Assembly: GCA_963706575.1 (NCBI GenBank)
Contig: CAVPNL010000013.1
Span: 32,001 to 96,000, forward strand
Length of the DNA stretch: 64,000 nucleotides
Origin: an uncultured delta proteobacterium
Lineage (GTDB): Bacteria > Desulfobacterota > Desulfobacteria > Desulfobacterales > JAHEIW01
Direction of reading: 5' to 3'
Part shown: piece after piece, positions 20,421 through 30,561 of the stretch
Layout: each line of letters begins with the position of its first letter
Numbering within the stretch: position 1 is the first letter of the stretch
Translations under genes and position numbers: made by a program
Notes under the pieces: generated by a model
The model's input: the letters and a program-made list of their open reading frames with translations, nothing else
What the model was told of the DNA's origin: nothing
Database searches by the model: none

Positions 20421-21602
20421 ATGCTTTTAAGTCAATTAGAAAGCAAAGTGCAACCAGCGCCTCGACGACCTGAAAATTCTGTTCCGGGTCCGGTTAAACC
20501 GTCGGCCCTATCAGAAAATAATGTTCAAAAATTCGGTATCTACCGGCTGGTCGGCGGCGGACTGATTTTCATTGGATTAACGGCGGGCATATTCTGGTAC
20601 CAATTTTCTGAGATACCGATGGGCCAGCGTCCTCCGATTTGGCAGCAGCTGCAATGGCGCTATTTGTTCTGGCTATTGATCTTTCTTCCCGTCGAAACAT
20701 TTGCGGCCGGTTTGCGGATCTGGGTGATCAGCCGCGCACTGCAGCCCGGCGTGAGTTTATGGACCTGTTTGAAGGCCGAGTGGGCCAACCTGGGTCTTGC
20801 CATGCTGACGCCTTCACAGACCGGTGGGGGGGTCGGTCAGATTTACATGCTGAGTCGTGGGGGCATGAATCTTGGTACCGCCCTGACTGTCAGTTTAATT
20901 TCCTTTTTGGGCAGCATGGTCGTTTTATTGTTTATTGGTATTTACTCGCTGCTGATCGCCAAAGTCGACCATTTGGTCGTCTTCTTCCAGGGGGCCCTGC
21001 TTATCTTTTTACTTATTTTTGCGGTGGTGATTGTTGCAGTCTGCTGGCCCGGATCCCTGCGTTTTGTGATTTCGGGGATTTGCAGGGGGATCCAGAAGAT
21101 ATGTGACAAAAAACACTCACCGAAGAACATCGGTTTACCGCAAAATTCCAGAATCAACCGCTTGACGAATCAGCTGCACAATTTTTCGGAAAAACTGATC
21201 GCTCTCTGCTATATGCACCAGGTCAACATGTGCCGGTTTTTCAGTCAGGATAAGGCCAGTTTTGCATGGGTGTGCTTCTTGAGCATCGTCTTTATGCTTT
21301 CACGTTCCATTATGGCGTTTTTGTGTCTTCGCTTTCTCGGAATTCAAGCATCCAGCCTATTGAGTGTAATCGAAACCCAGTTAAGCCTGATATTCCTGAT
21401 ATACTTCGCGCCCACTCCGGGAAGTTCGGGCCTGGCTGAAGGCGCGTCGATGTTAATGATGAATGGCGCCATGTCGGCAGGGTTGGTGCCCTATTATAAT
21501 CTGCTGTGGCGCTGTTCGACACTTTATCTGCCGGCCATCGCCGGACTGGTTTTTCTGTCGTGGGCGATTATTCAAGATACGCGCCGGGTCGTTGACCGCT
21601 GA
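20421..21602 (+). CDS. Lysylphosphatidylglycerol-synthase TM (flippase-like) domain membrane protein
   Basis: LTPSQTGGG..Q, APTPGSSGLAEG, LLWR..TLY motifs; multiple TM segments. Confidence 0.8.
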   Translation: MLLSQLESKVQPAPRRPENSVPGPVKPSALSENNVQKFGIYRLVGGGLIFIGLTAGIFWYQFSEIPMGQRPPIWQQLQWRYLFWLLIFLPVETFAAGLRIWVISRALQPGVSLWTCLKAEWANLGLAMLTPSQTGGGVGQIYMLSRGGMNLGTALTVSLISFLGSMVVLLFIGIYSLLIAKVDHLVVFFQGALLIFLLIFAVVIVAVCWPGSLRFVISGICRGIQKICDKKHSPKNIGLPQNSRINRLTNQLHNFSEKLIALCYMHQVNMCRFFSQDKASFAWVCFLSIVFMLSRSIMAFLCLRFLGIQASSLLSVIETQLSLIFLIYFAPTPGSSGLAEGASMLMMNGAMSAGLVPYYNLLWRCSTLYLPAIAGLVFLSWAIIQDTRRVVDR

Positions 21603-21710
21603 CAGCGTAAGATAGATGAGTCCGGTAGATTTCGAAATGCAACATCAACGCGATGTATTCAATCAAGCCTCTTGAAAAATCTTTAAATTAAGTCTAAACA
21701 ATAACTTGAT

Positions 21711-21970
21711 TAGAAGTGGTTTCAAAACCTCAGATCAGGTTCCCCGCTTTAACGCGGGATTGCACGTCTTTATTTTATCAAATTAATGTGTGCATCAAAG
21801 TAAGGCGCAGGCCGATCGGGAAAGTCGTTGTTCTCAGCATACATGATGGGCTAGTATGTGAGCATTTACCGGAGGCTGTGCTGCACCCTTATTTAAAAAA
21901 TCAGATGCGAATCCCGCTTGCGGGGCAACGCAGCCATTGGGCCTCAGATGGGGTTTTGAAACCACTTCTA
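21711..21970. mobile_element. MITE-like element copy 3 (260 bp) carrying two internal insertions
   Basis: Same termini and core as 9259-9404, plus inserts at about 21743-21796 and 21880-21924. Confidence 0.85.
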
Positions 21971-22150
21971 GATGAATATGGGACAATGTGCTGCCGGCTA
22001 ACTCTTGCCGATTGCAGGGGTTTTGATCTCGGTACATGGTGCCTCGAAGATCGTGCGGGTTTAGAAAGAAAAAGATTTCTTTTCGGGTAATTTCCATCAG
22101 ACGGTGAGATCCGGTTCAGGTTTGCAGCGTTTATCCTGCGTGCCTGAAAA

Positions 22151-24594
22151 ATGCAAGAAAGGAGATACAAATTGCATCCGAAGAATTTGAAAATCTTCAT
22201 TGGGATAGGGCTTCTTATTTTTGTGTTGACCTCATCGGCCTGGTCGCAAAATCCTCTAATGCTCAAAACCGGCAAGAAACGGGCAGATGCCAAAAATGCC
22301 GAAAACGTTTCGCTGCCCAAGCCCCTGACTGCAGAAAACATCGATCATATCGTTGCCGGTCTCAGTGACGCGCAGGTCCGACGATTGTTAATCAATGAGC
22401 TTACGTTGCAGGCACAGAAAGAGACGCCTGTCGAGGCGAAACCGGAAGGCATCGCCGGTTTCATCCATAAGATAAGAAACCTGACCGCTTTGCTGCAAAC
22501 CCGCATTGAATTTATCCGCTCTGGCGGCAGCGCGGCGCCGCAAGAATTCGAGGGCATATACGCCTTTCTTGCCAGGGGTGAACGCGGGACGAAAACCGTG
22601 CCCCAGGTCATTTTGAGTGTCGCCGCGGTGCTGGCCGGAGGTTTGCTGATCGAATGGCTGTTCGTGCTCTACACTGCAGCGGCGCGGCGCCGCATCACAT
22701 CGAGCGTGCCTTCCGGATGGATCGCCAAAATCGGATCCCTGGGCTCGCGGGCCCTGCTGGATTTAACGGCCATCATCATCTTCATCGCCGCGGCCGTAAT
22801 CCTTTTTTTCTTTTTTTTGGACCGCACTGCCGGCCAGCGCGTGCTTTTGGCCGCTTACCTGGCGGGCTTGGCATTTTTCCAGGTCGCCTATCTGGTATTG
22901 CGATTTTTCCTGGCCCCGCGCACACCCGCACTGCGGTTTCTGCCGTTCAGCGACGAAACCGCAGTGTATCTCCATTACTGGCTCCTGGCGCTGACCTTCG
23001 TTCTCTGCTTCGGTAATGTGACCAGAGGTGTGATGGGCCTGGCGGGCGCCACCGAGTTGACGCAGCTCAAGTTCGGCACGCTGTCTGGTTTGATCGCGGC
23101 CGCGATGATCATCTGGATGATTGTGCAGAAACGCAAGGCAGCGGCAGCCGCATTCAGCGAGGGTCTGCCGGAAGCCAGCCTGCGCTACCGGTTGGCTCAG
23201 AAGTGGCATCACTTTGCCGTTTTTGCTGTCTTAGTGCTCCTGGCCGCTGCCATCAGCAGCTCGATTTTGGGTACGGCCTCGAACCAGGCGATACTGACCC
23301 TGCTGATGGTAATCCTTTACTTTATGCTGGACTGGATTCTGCGTTTGATGCTGGAGGCGGCTTTCGGCATCGTGGAGCAGCCCGAGGAGCAGCCGGTGGC
23401 TGCTGAAGCAGCGGCCGACGAGCCGGAAGATGATATTGAAACTGAAGACGCCGGAGTGCCGGCCGCAGAAGCCTCAAAGGATAAACCGGCCCCCGGCGGC
23501 CGCCTGGAACTCGACCGCATGAAAGGTCCGCTGCGCACCGCCCTGCGTCTGGCCCTGGCGGTATTGCTGTTTTTCTGGATCCTTGACATCTGGAACCTTG
23601 ATCTCCCGATCGGAGAGGCGGTGGTCCGGACCCTGATAAAGATTTTGGTGGTCGTGCTGATCTGTTACGTTGCCTGGGGCCTGGTGAACGCTGCGATCAT
23701 GCGCCGGATGCGCGACGAGATGCCGGAGGAGGATGAGGAACAGGAAGAGGGCGGCGCCGGCGGCTCGCGCATCGCCACCCTGCTCCTGCTGCTGCGCAAG
23801 TTCATGCTGGTGGTCATTATCGTCATGGCCAGTCTGATTGTTTTATCGGCCCTGGGGGTGAACATCGGCCCCCTGATTGCCGGCGCCGGTGTCTTCGGCC
23901 TGGCGATCGGCTTCGGCGCCCAGACGCTGGTCAAGGACATTATCTCGGGGGTGTTTTACCTCATGGACGATGCCTTCCGGGTCGGCGACTATCTGGAGGT
24001 TTCCGGCACCAAGGGAACGGTGGAGCACATTTCGCTGCGCTCCCTCAGGCTGCGCAACCCGCGGGGCCAGGTCTATTTCATTCCTTTCGGCGACCTCAAG
24101 CTGGTGACCAACCTCAGCCGCGACTACGTCATCATGAAGCTCGACTTCCGGGTGCGCTATGACGCCGACGTGGAAAAAATTCGCAAGATTATCAAGAAAA
24201 AAGTCTATCAAAAAATCGCCGAAGATCCCGAGCTGGGGCCCAAACTGATGGAACCGATCAAATCCCAGGGCGTGCGGGAGATGGATGACTCGGCCATGGT
24301 CATGCGGGTCAAATACAAAACCAAGCCGGGCGATCAGTTTGCCATCCGCAAAGAAGTTTACCACCTCATGCAGGAAGCGTTCAGGGAAGAAGGCATAGAG
24401 TTTGCGCATCGAAACGTGACCGTGTACATGCCGCCGGAGGCCAGCGAGGCGGCGCGCAGGCGGCGGATGAAGACCAGCAAAAAGATGCGAAGGCAAACAG
24501 CGAAATTCAGCGCCAGGCCGCTGCAGCGGCAGCGTTGGCAGCCATTCAGGCCCAGGAGGAGGCAGAGAAAGCCAAGAAGAAATCTGAAAAATAA
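22151..24594 (+). CDS. Large MscS-family mechanosensitive channel (probable frameshift near 24450)
   Basis: GLAIGFGAQTLVKDIISG, FRVGDY, GTVE.I.LRS; alternative frame gives QAADEDQQKDAKANSEIQRQAAAAAALAAIQAQEEAEKAKKKSEK* ending 24594. Confidence 0.88.
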
Positions 24595-24649
24595 GACCTT
24601 TTTTACGCACTGCACCTTTTAAACCCTTGAAAGCCTTGCAACCCACCCG

Positions 24650-24960
24650 AACGGTGCAACTTTATTTGCATTGTAAACCTCTCCTTTCCTACCTAACCCA
24701 TTGATTTAATATATTATAATTAAAATTACAGGGTTACAGAGTCAACTTATGTTGCACCCTCATAACAAGCAATTTTAGATCGGATTTTGCTTGTCTAAAC
24801 AGGAATTAATCTTTTTCAATTCAGATTCCATTTTCAATTCAAAACATATCCTGTTGAAATTAATAGGATAAATTTCCAACACGCTGTTTTCTTTAGTCTC
24901 CGGAAAATTATTAAAGGCACAAAAATAAGAGATCTAAACGTTTTTGGAACAACAGTTGCT
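24650..24960 (+). promoter_or_regulatory. Sigma-54 promoter 3 with two upstream enhancer boxes and an IHF-like site
   Basis: TGGAACAACAGTTGCT 24945-24960; boxA AACGGTGCAACTTTATTTGCATTGTAAACC at 24650; boxB GTCAACTTATGTTGCACC at 24741; AATCAATGGGTTA on the minus strand near 24694-24706. Confidence 0.75.
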
Positions 24961-25046
24961 CTTTGATTGATTAAGAAAAGGAAAGAGCAATCAATCTAAG
25001 GCCAATCATTAGAATATCGTTTTAAACTTTATTAAGGGAGCCCATC

Positions 25047-25514
25047 ATGAAAATTTCATCTAAAGTGCGAGGACTAATCATAGCCGCAATCATTTTACCG
25101 CTAACGGGTTGCATGAGCGCACATCAGCACTACCAGCAAACCCATGGTGCTCAGGAGCGCCAAATGACAATTGGTATCGTGCAGAAAGAAATAAGGAACG
25201 GTATGTCGGCTGCTGAAGTAGCCGAGGTACTGGGGTCACCCAACATTGTGACAACCGATGGCGAAGGTCGCGAGGTCTGGGTTTATGATAAGATTTCGAC
25301 CGATGTGACGTATTCAAATGATTCCGGGGGCGCAGGCGTTATTCTTTTAATTGGCGGCGCAACCGGCGGTACTGCCGGTGGAGGGCTCGGTTCGGGAAAT
25401 TACAGTCGATCTGCAGGCGCTCAATCCAAGACCCAGCGAACCTTGACCGTGATAATTAAGTTCGATGAACAGAATAAGGTGCGTGACTTCGCATATCATT
25501 CCAGCAGGTTTTAA
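25047..25514 (+). CDS. Lipoprotein with SmpA/OmlA (BamE-like) motif
   Basis: Lipobox LTGC; GMSAAEVAEVLGSPN, EVWVY, LTVIIKFD. Confidence 0.75.
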   Translation: MKISSKVRGLIIAAIILPLTGCMSAHQHYQQTHGAQERQMTIGIVQKEIRNGMSAAEVAEVLGSPNIVTTDGEGREVWVYDKISTDVTYSNDSGGAGVILLIGGATGGTAGGGLGSGNYSRSAGAQSKTQRTLTVIIKFDEQNKVRDFAYHSSRF

Positions 25515-25526
25515 CAAGGAGAAAGT

Positions 25527-26063
25527 GTGATGAAATTGCGTAGAACTTTCAAAATAAGCGTAATTTTAATCTGCCTGAGCTCCTTTTTGGCCTGTCAGAA
25601 TAAGATCCTCAGAGAAGCGCTCACATTGTCACCTGAATCTCTTAAAGACCGCCAATTGCAGACAAGACTATTTGAAGGCAGCGATGAAAAGAAGATACTG
25701 ACTGCATCTGCGGCCGTGCTTCAGGATCTGGGCTTTAACATCGACGAGACAGAGGTCAGCGCCGGTGTTATCGCGTGTTCCCGAGAAAGGGATGTTACAG
25801 ATTCCAAGGAAGTGGTGCTGTCAATAGCGCTTTTGTTCCTGGGTATTTATCTTCCCTATGCCGAAAAACAAAAAGTGTTCGCCTCACTGGTAACGAGGCC
25901 CTTGAGCCATAAAAGAATTGCTGTTCGTATTACCTTTCAACACATGGTCTGGAATAGTGATCATGTCCAGATCAAAAACGAGCAGATTAATGAGCCTGAA
26001 ATCTACCAGGAGTTTTTTTCCAAGCTTTCAAAGTCAGTTTTCCTGGTAGCTCATGAGATATAG
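25527..26063 (+). CDS. Hypothetical lipoprotein
   Basis: Lipobox FLAC; QTRLFE, VLQDLGF, YQEFFSKLSKSVFL; paralog of the next gene. Confidence 0.75.
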   Translation: MMKLRRTFKISVILICLSSFLACQNKILREALTLSPESLKDRQLQTRLFEGSDEKKILTASAAVLQDLGFNIDETEVSAGVIACSRERDVTDSKEVVLSIALLFLGIYLPYAEKQKVFASLVTRPLSHKRIAVRITFQHMVWNSDHVQIKNEQINEPEIYQEFFSKLSKSVFLVAHEI

Positions 26064-26073
26064 GAGGCCTGTT

Positions 26074-26496
26074 ATGGAAAAACGTGTCCTGATCATATTT
26101 AGCCTGATCTTTGTTCTCGCTATTGCAGCCTGCGCCGGAAGGCAGAAAAACATCCTTGAAACGACCGAATCTCAGGTGAAGCTGCGGAGCATGCAAAGCC
26201 GCGTGTTTGACATGAGTGATCAAAACCGCCTGCTACGAACCATCATAGCGACTATGCAAGATTTGGGATTTGTGATTGACGACGCCGAAGAGTCTCTCGG
26301 AACTGTTTCAGGTACAAAACGTTCCGTTTATTTCTTACGGATGACCGTATCGATTCGACCCAGAGGAACCCATCAAATGATTGTTCGCAGCAATATGCAG
26401 TTTAACTGGGCGTCCATAGAAGACCCGGAACCCTATCAACATTTTTTTTCAACATTATCCAAGGGGCTTTTCCTGGAAGCACAACCGATAGAGTAA
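26074..26496 (+). CDS. Hypothetical lipoprotein
   Basis: RBS AGGAGG; lipobox IAAC; QSRVFD, MQDLGF, YQHFFSTLSKGLFL. Confidence 0.75.
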   Translation: MEKRVLIIFSLIFVLAIAACAGRQKNILETTESQVKLRSMQSRVFDMSDQNRLLRTIIATMQDLGFVIDDAEESLGTVSGTKRSVYFLRMTVSIRPRGTHQMIVRSNMQFNWASIEDPEPYQHFFSTLSKGLFLEAQPIE

Positions 26497-26596
26497 ATCA
26501 GCGGTTATCAGCGATTAACGGGCAAAAAAGCCAGGGCATTTTAATTGACAGACTTACGCCGGCATAATATTGTTTTTAATGGGGATTCTTTATCCA

Positions 26597-29134
26597 ATGC
26601 CGCATTTAAAGAACCGACATAATTTATTCATCATCTCACTGCCGCTTATCATTGCCTATCTGATATTCTTCAGCGCCTGTATCAATGATTCTCCCCGACG
26701 AATTCCGCCCAAAGCGCTCAAGGGTGTTCTCGATCTCAGCGACTGGGACCTCAAAGAAGACGGTCCGGTTGATCTTATCGGTGAGTATGAATTTTACTGG
26801 TTGCAACACCTGCTGCCGGATGATTTTTCTAAAACAAATCCGGGGGAGAAAACAGAATTCATTAAAGTGCCCGGGTATTGGACTGGTTATAAATTGGGAG
26901 GCATGGAACTGCCTGGGCATGGATACGTTACCTACCGTCTAAACATTGTGCTAAACAAACAGCAGGGACCCCTTGCTTTAAGAACGGTTGAAATTTCGAA
27001 TGCCTACAGCATCTATGTAAACGGGCAAAAGGTGGGTTCTTTGGGACAAGCCGGTAAAAGTCGCGAGACGACCGTTCCGCGGCAATTCCCCCAGATCATA
27101 GATTTTGAGCTCAAAAAAAATCAAATGGAACTCATCATTCAGGTTTCCAATTTCCACCACAGACGCGGTGGAATCTGGGAAGTTATTCAACTGGGAAGAG
27201 AAAAAGATCTGCGCGCAGCCTGGGAGAGAAGGCTTAGCTTTGATCTGCTTTTGATCGGCAGTATTATGCTGATGGGCCTTTACCATCTGGGGCTTTTTAT
27301 GGTCAGAAAAAAGGACCGTTCACCACTTTACTTCAGCATCTTCTGCATCCTGCTTGCACTGAGGACGCTCACCACCGGTGGAAGATATCTCGTTCTTTCT
27401 TTCCCTGATCTAAGCTGGGAACTTATGATCAAGTTCGAATATCTTTCATTTTATCTGGCCGTCCCGGCTTTCGGGATGTTTATGCGATCGATTTTTCAGA
27501 AATTTTCAGAAGGATTTCTTCGTTCCATAGAAATGCTGGCAATTGCTTTTGCAGGTGTTGTCATCTTTACCCCGGCAAGATTCTTCTCACATACCCTCAA
27601 CATATACGAAATCATTATCCTGATGACAGTTATATACGGGCTATACGTGATCATTGCCTCTTTGAACCAGAAGCGAATTGAGGCATCCGTATTTCTTCTC
27701 GGGTTTGTTATCTTATGTCTTACAATCATTAATGACATGCTGCATGTTGAAAATATCATACAAACAGGCTTTTTTACCCAGTTTGGCTTTTTTTTCTTTA
27801 TTCTGTCCCAGGCGTTTCTTCTCTCCTATCGTCACTCAATAGCCTTGACAACAGTTGAAACCCAACAGATAGAATTAAGAGATACGCTTGAATCCCTTAA
27901 AGCCGAAATCATCGATCGGGTGCAGGCTGAAGAAGCACTGCGTGAAAGTGAAGAAAAATACCGAACTATCCTCCAAAGTATCGAGGAAGGGTATTACGAG
28001 GTCGACCTGGCCGGCAACCTGACCTTCTTCAATGATTCCTTGTGCAAGCATCTTAAATATTCAAAGGATGAGCTCATGGGAATGAACAACCGGCAGTTTA
28101 CCAGCAAAGAAACTGTCGAGCGGGTATATAAAACATTTAATTCGGTCTTCAAAACCGGAAAGGCCGCAACGGCATTTGACTGGGAGATGATCGCCAAAGA
28201 CGGTAGTAAAAAATTTGTCGAACTGTCTGTATCTTTAATACGGGATTCGGAAGGCCAGCCGGTGGGGTTTCGGGGAGTGGCGCGAGACATTAGCGAACGC
28301 AAAAAAGCCGAGGAACAGGCCAAACTCCATCAACACCAGCTCATGCAGGCCAGTAAGATGGTGGCATTGGGCACGCTGGTTTCCGGTGTGGCCCATGAGG
28401 TGAACAACCCCAACAATTTTATCATGTTGAATTCCCCCATTTTAAAAGAAGCCTGGGACAATGCCCTGCCGATCCTGCAAAAGTATTATGAGGAAAATGG
28501 TGATTTCCTCGTCGGCGGCATGAATTACAGCGAGATGCGCGAAAATATTCCCACCCTGTTTTCCGGCATATCCGACGGTGCCAGACGGATAAAACAAATT
28601 GTTGATGACCTCAAGAATTATGTAAGGGATAACACCGCCGATCTGACCCAGTCGGTCGATATCAATGAAGTATTAAAGTCAGCCGTTTCGCTGCTCTCCA
28701 ATATGATCAAAAAATCCACCAATAAATTTTCAATCGAATATGGCAAAAATTTGCCGCAGTTACGCGGAAATTTCCAGCGACTCGAGCAGGTCATGATAAA
28801 CTTAGTTCAAAATGCCTGCCAGGCGCTGCCGGATGCTCAAAAAGGTATTTTTATTACCATCCAATTTGATCGTAAAGCCTCAAATATCGTCATTAACGTT
28901 CGCGATGAAGGCATGGGAATTCCTCCCGAGACGCTTCTGAATATTACCGACCCGTTTTTTACGACCAAACACGATTCCGGTGGTGTCGGGCTGGGCCTGT
29001 CAATTTCTTCAAAGATCGTTGAAGAGCATGGCGGTACCCTGAACTTCAAATCAGAAATCGGTGCCGGCACAACGGCAGAGATCACCCTGCCTGTTGATCG
29101 AAAAAATCAAACCGTGAAAGGGAAACCAGAATGA
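26597..29134 (+). CDS. Sensor histidine kinase (7TM-DISM-type extracellular and 7TM region, PAS, HisKA, HATPase)
   Basis: GVLDLSDW..GEYEFYW, VSNFHHRRGG, 7 TM segments, PAS, AHEVNNP, NACQA, DEGMG, FFTTK, GLGL; start uncertain (26579 or 26597). Confidence 0.92.
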   Translation: MPHLKNRHNLFIISLPLIIAYLIFFSACINDSPRRIPPKALKGVLDLSDWDLKEDGPVDLIGEYEFYWLQHLLPDDFSKTNPGEKTEFIKVPGYWTGYKLGGMELPGHGYVTYRLNIVLNKQQGPLALRTVEISNAYSIYVNGQKVGSLGQAGKSRETTVPRQFPQIIDFELKKNQMELIIQVSNFHHRRGGIWEVIQLGREKDLRAAWERRLSFDLLLIGSIMLMGLYHLGLFMVRKKDRSPLYFSIFCILLALRTLTTGGRYLVLSFPDLSWELMIKFEYLSFYLAVPAFGMFMRSIFQKFSEGFLRSIEMLAIAFAGVVIFTPARFFSHTLNIYEIIILMTVIYGLYVIIASLNQKRIEASVFLLGFVILCLTIINDMLHVENIIQTGFFTQFGFFFFILSQAFLLSYRHSIALTTVETQQIELRDTLESLKAEIIDRVQAEEALRESEEKYRTILQSIEEGYYEVDLAGNLTFFNDSLCKHLKYSKDELMGMNNRQFTSKETVERVYKTFNSVFKTGKAATAFDWEMIAKDGSKKFVELSVSLIRDSEGQPVGFRGVARDISERKKAEEQAKLHQHQLMQASKMVALGTLVSGVAHEVNNPNNFIMLNSPILKEAWDNALPILQKYYEENGDFLVGGMNYSEMRENIPTLFSGISDGARRIKQIVDDLKNYVRDNTADLTQSVDINEVLKSAVSLLSNMIKKSTNKFSIEYGKNLPQLRGNFQRLEQVMINLVQNACQALPDAQKGIFITIQFDRKASNIVINVRDEGMGIPPETLLNITDPFFTTKHDSGGVGLGLSISSKIVEEHGGTLNFKSEIGAGTTAEITLPVDRKNQTVKGKPE

Positions 29135-30561
29135 CTGAATCAACCTATCCGCAATTTCCCGTCATGATGGTCGATGATGAAGCCCAGGCCATAACCAGTT
29201 TTGAAATGGCGCTGCGCTCGGCAAATATGAATAACTTCATTCGCTGTCATGACAGCCGCGATGTCATACCGCTGCTTTCCAGCCAGGAGATCGAAGTTAT
29301 GCTGCTGGACTTGAGAATGCCGCATATATCGGGTGAAGAGCTGCTTCCGATCATAACCAGTGACTACCCTGAAATTCCGGTTGTCGTTATAACCGGATCA
29401 AACGATGTGGATACGGCCGTAAAGTGTATGCAATACGGCGCATTTGACTACATACTTAAGCCGGTTGAGAAAAGCCGTCTGATTGGTGGCGTCAAGCGGG
29501 CGGTCGAACTGCGAGAATTGCAGCGTGAAAATCAGTTGCTCAAAGCCCATGTATTGTCGGACAAACTGGAAAAGCCGGAAGCCTTCTCAGAAATTATTAC
29601 GGTCAGCACCAGCATGCGGTCCATTTTTCAATATATGGAGGCCATCGCCAACAGCCCGCGGCCGGTGTCGATAACCGGAGAAACCGGTGTCGGCAAAGAA
29701 TTGGTCGCTAAAGCCGTTCACACCTTAAGCAACCGTAAAGGCGATTTCGTGCCCGTGAACGTGGCCGGCCTGGACGATCATGTTTTTGCGGATACCCTCT
29801 TTGGCCACAAAAAGGGCGCTTTTACGGACGCCCGCGAAGCACGCAGCGGTCTAATTGAGCGGGCAGCGGGGGGCACCCTTTTTCTGGATGAAATCGGAGA
29901 TATGAGCACGACTTCCCAGGTCAAGCTGTTGCGTCTTTTACAGGAGGGGGATTTTTTCCCGCTGGGATCGGATGTGACCAAACGTTCCGATGCGCGTATC
30001 GTGGTGGCCACGAATCAAGACCTTGATGCACTGCAGTCATCCGGACAGTTTCGCAAAGATCTGTATTACCGGCTATGTGATCATCAAATTCACATACCGC
30101 CGCTGCGCAGGCGACGGGAGGATCTGGCGGTTCTGGTTGAGCATTTTTTGGAAAAGGCGTCTAAAACGTTAGATAAAAAGAAACCGACACCACCGCTAGA
30201 ACTGATCACACTGCTATCAACCTATCATTTTCCCGGAAATATCAGAGAACTCGAATCCATGATCTTTGATGCGGTCAGCAGCCATGCATCCGGCAAGCTG
30301 TCCATGGACTCGTTTAAAGCCCATTTATCCAAGGTTTCCGTGACCGATGCGCCGGATTCACCCCTCGAAAAAGGAGCACTGATCAGCTTCTCGCATCAAT
30401 TGCCCACGCTTAAACAAATCGAACAATTGTTGATTGATGAAGCCCTTAAAAGAGCCAACGACAATCAATCCATTGCGGCGCTGAGTTTGGGAATATCGCG
30501 TCAGGCCTTGAACAAGCGCCTTAAAAAAATGGCCGAGCAGCAAGATTCCGCATCACAATAA
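29131..30561 (+). CDS. Sigma-54-dependent (NtrC-family) response regulator
   Basis: Receiver VDDE..LLD; GETGVGKE, GAFTDA, LFLDEIG, FPGNIRELE; Fis-type HTH; overlaps the kinase stop (ATGA). Confidence 0.96.
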   Translation: MTESTYPQFPVMMVDDEAQAITSFEMALRSANMNNFIRCHDSRDVIPLLSSQEIEVMLLDLRMPHISGEELLPIITSDYPEIPVVVITGSNDVDTAVKCMQYGAFDYILKPVEKSRLIGGVKRAVELRELQRENQLLKAHVLSDKLEKPEAFSEIITVSTSMRSIFQYMEAIANSPRPVSITGETGVGKELVAKAVHTLSNRKGDFVPVNVAGLDDHVFADTLFGHKKGAFTDAREARSGLIERAAGGTLFLDEIGDMSTTSQVKLLRLLQEGDFFPLGSDVTKRSDARIVVATNQDLDALQSSGQFRKDLYYRLCDHQIHIPPLRRRREDLAVLVEHFLEKASKTLDKKKPTPPLELITLLSTYHFPGNIRELESMIFDAVSSHASGKLSMDSFKAHLSKVSVTDAPDSPLEKGALISFSHQLPTLKQIEQLLIDEALKRANDNQSIAALSLGISRQALNKRLKKMAEQQDSASQ

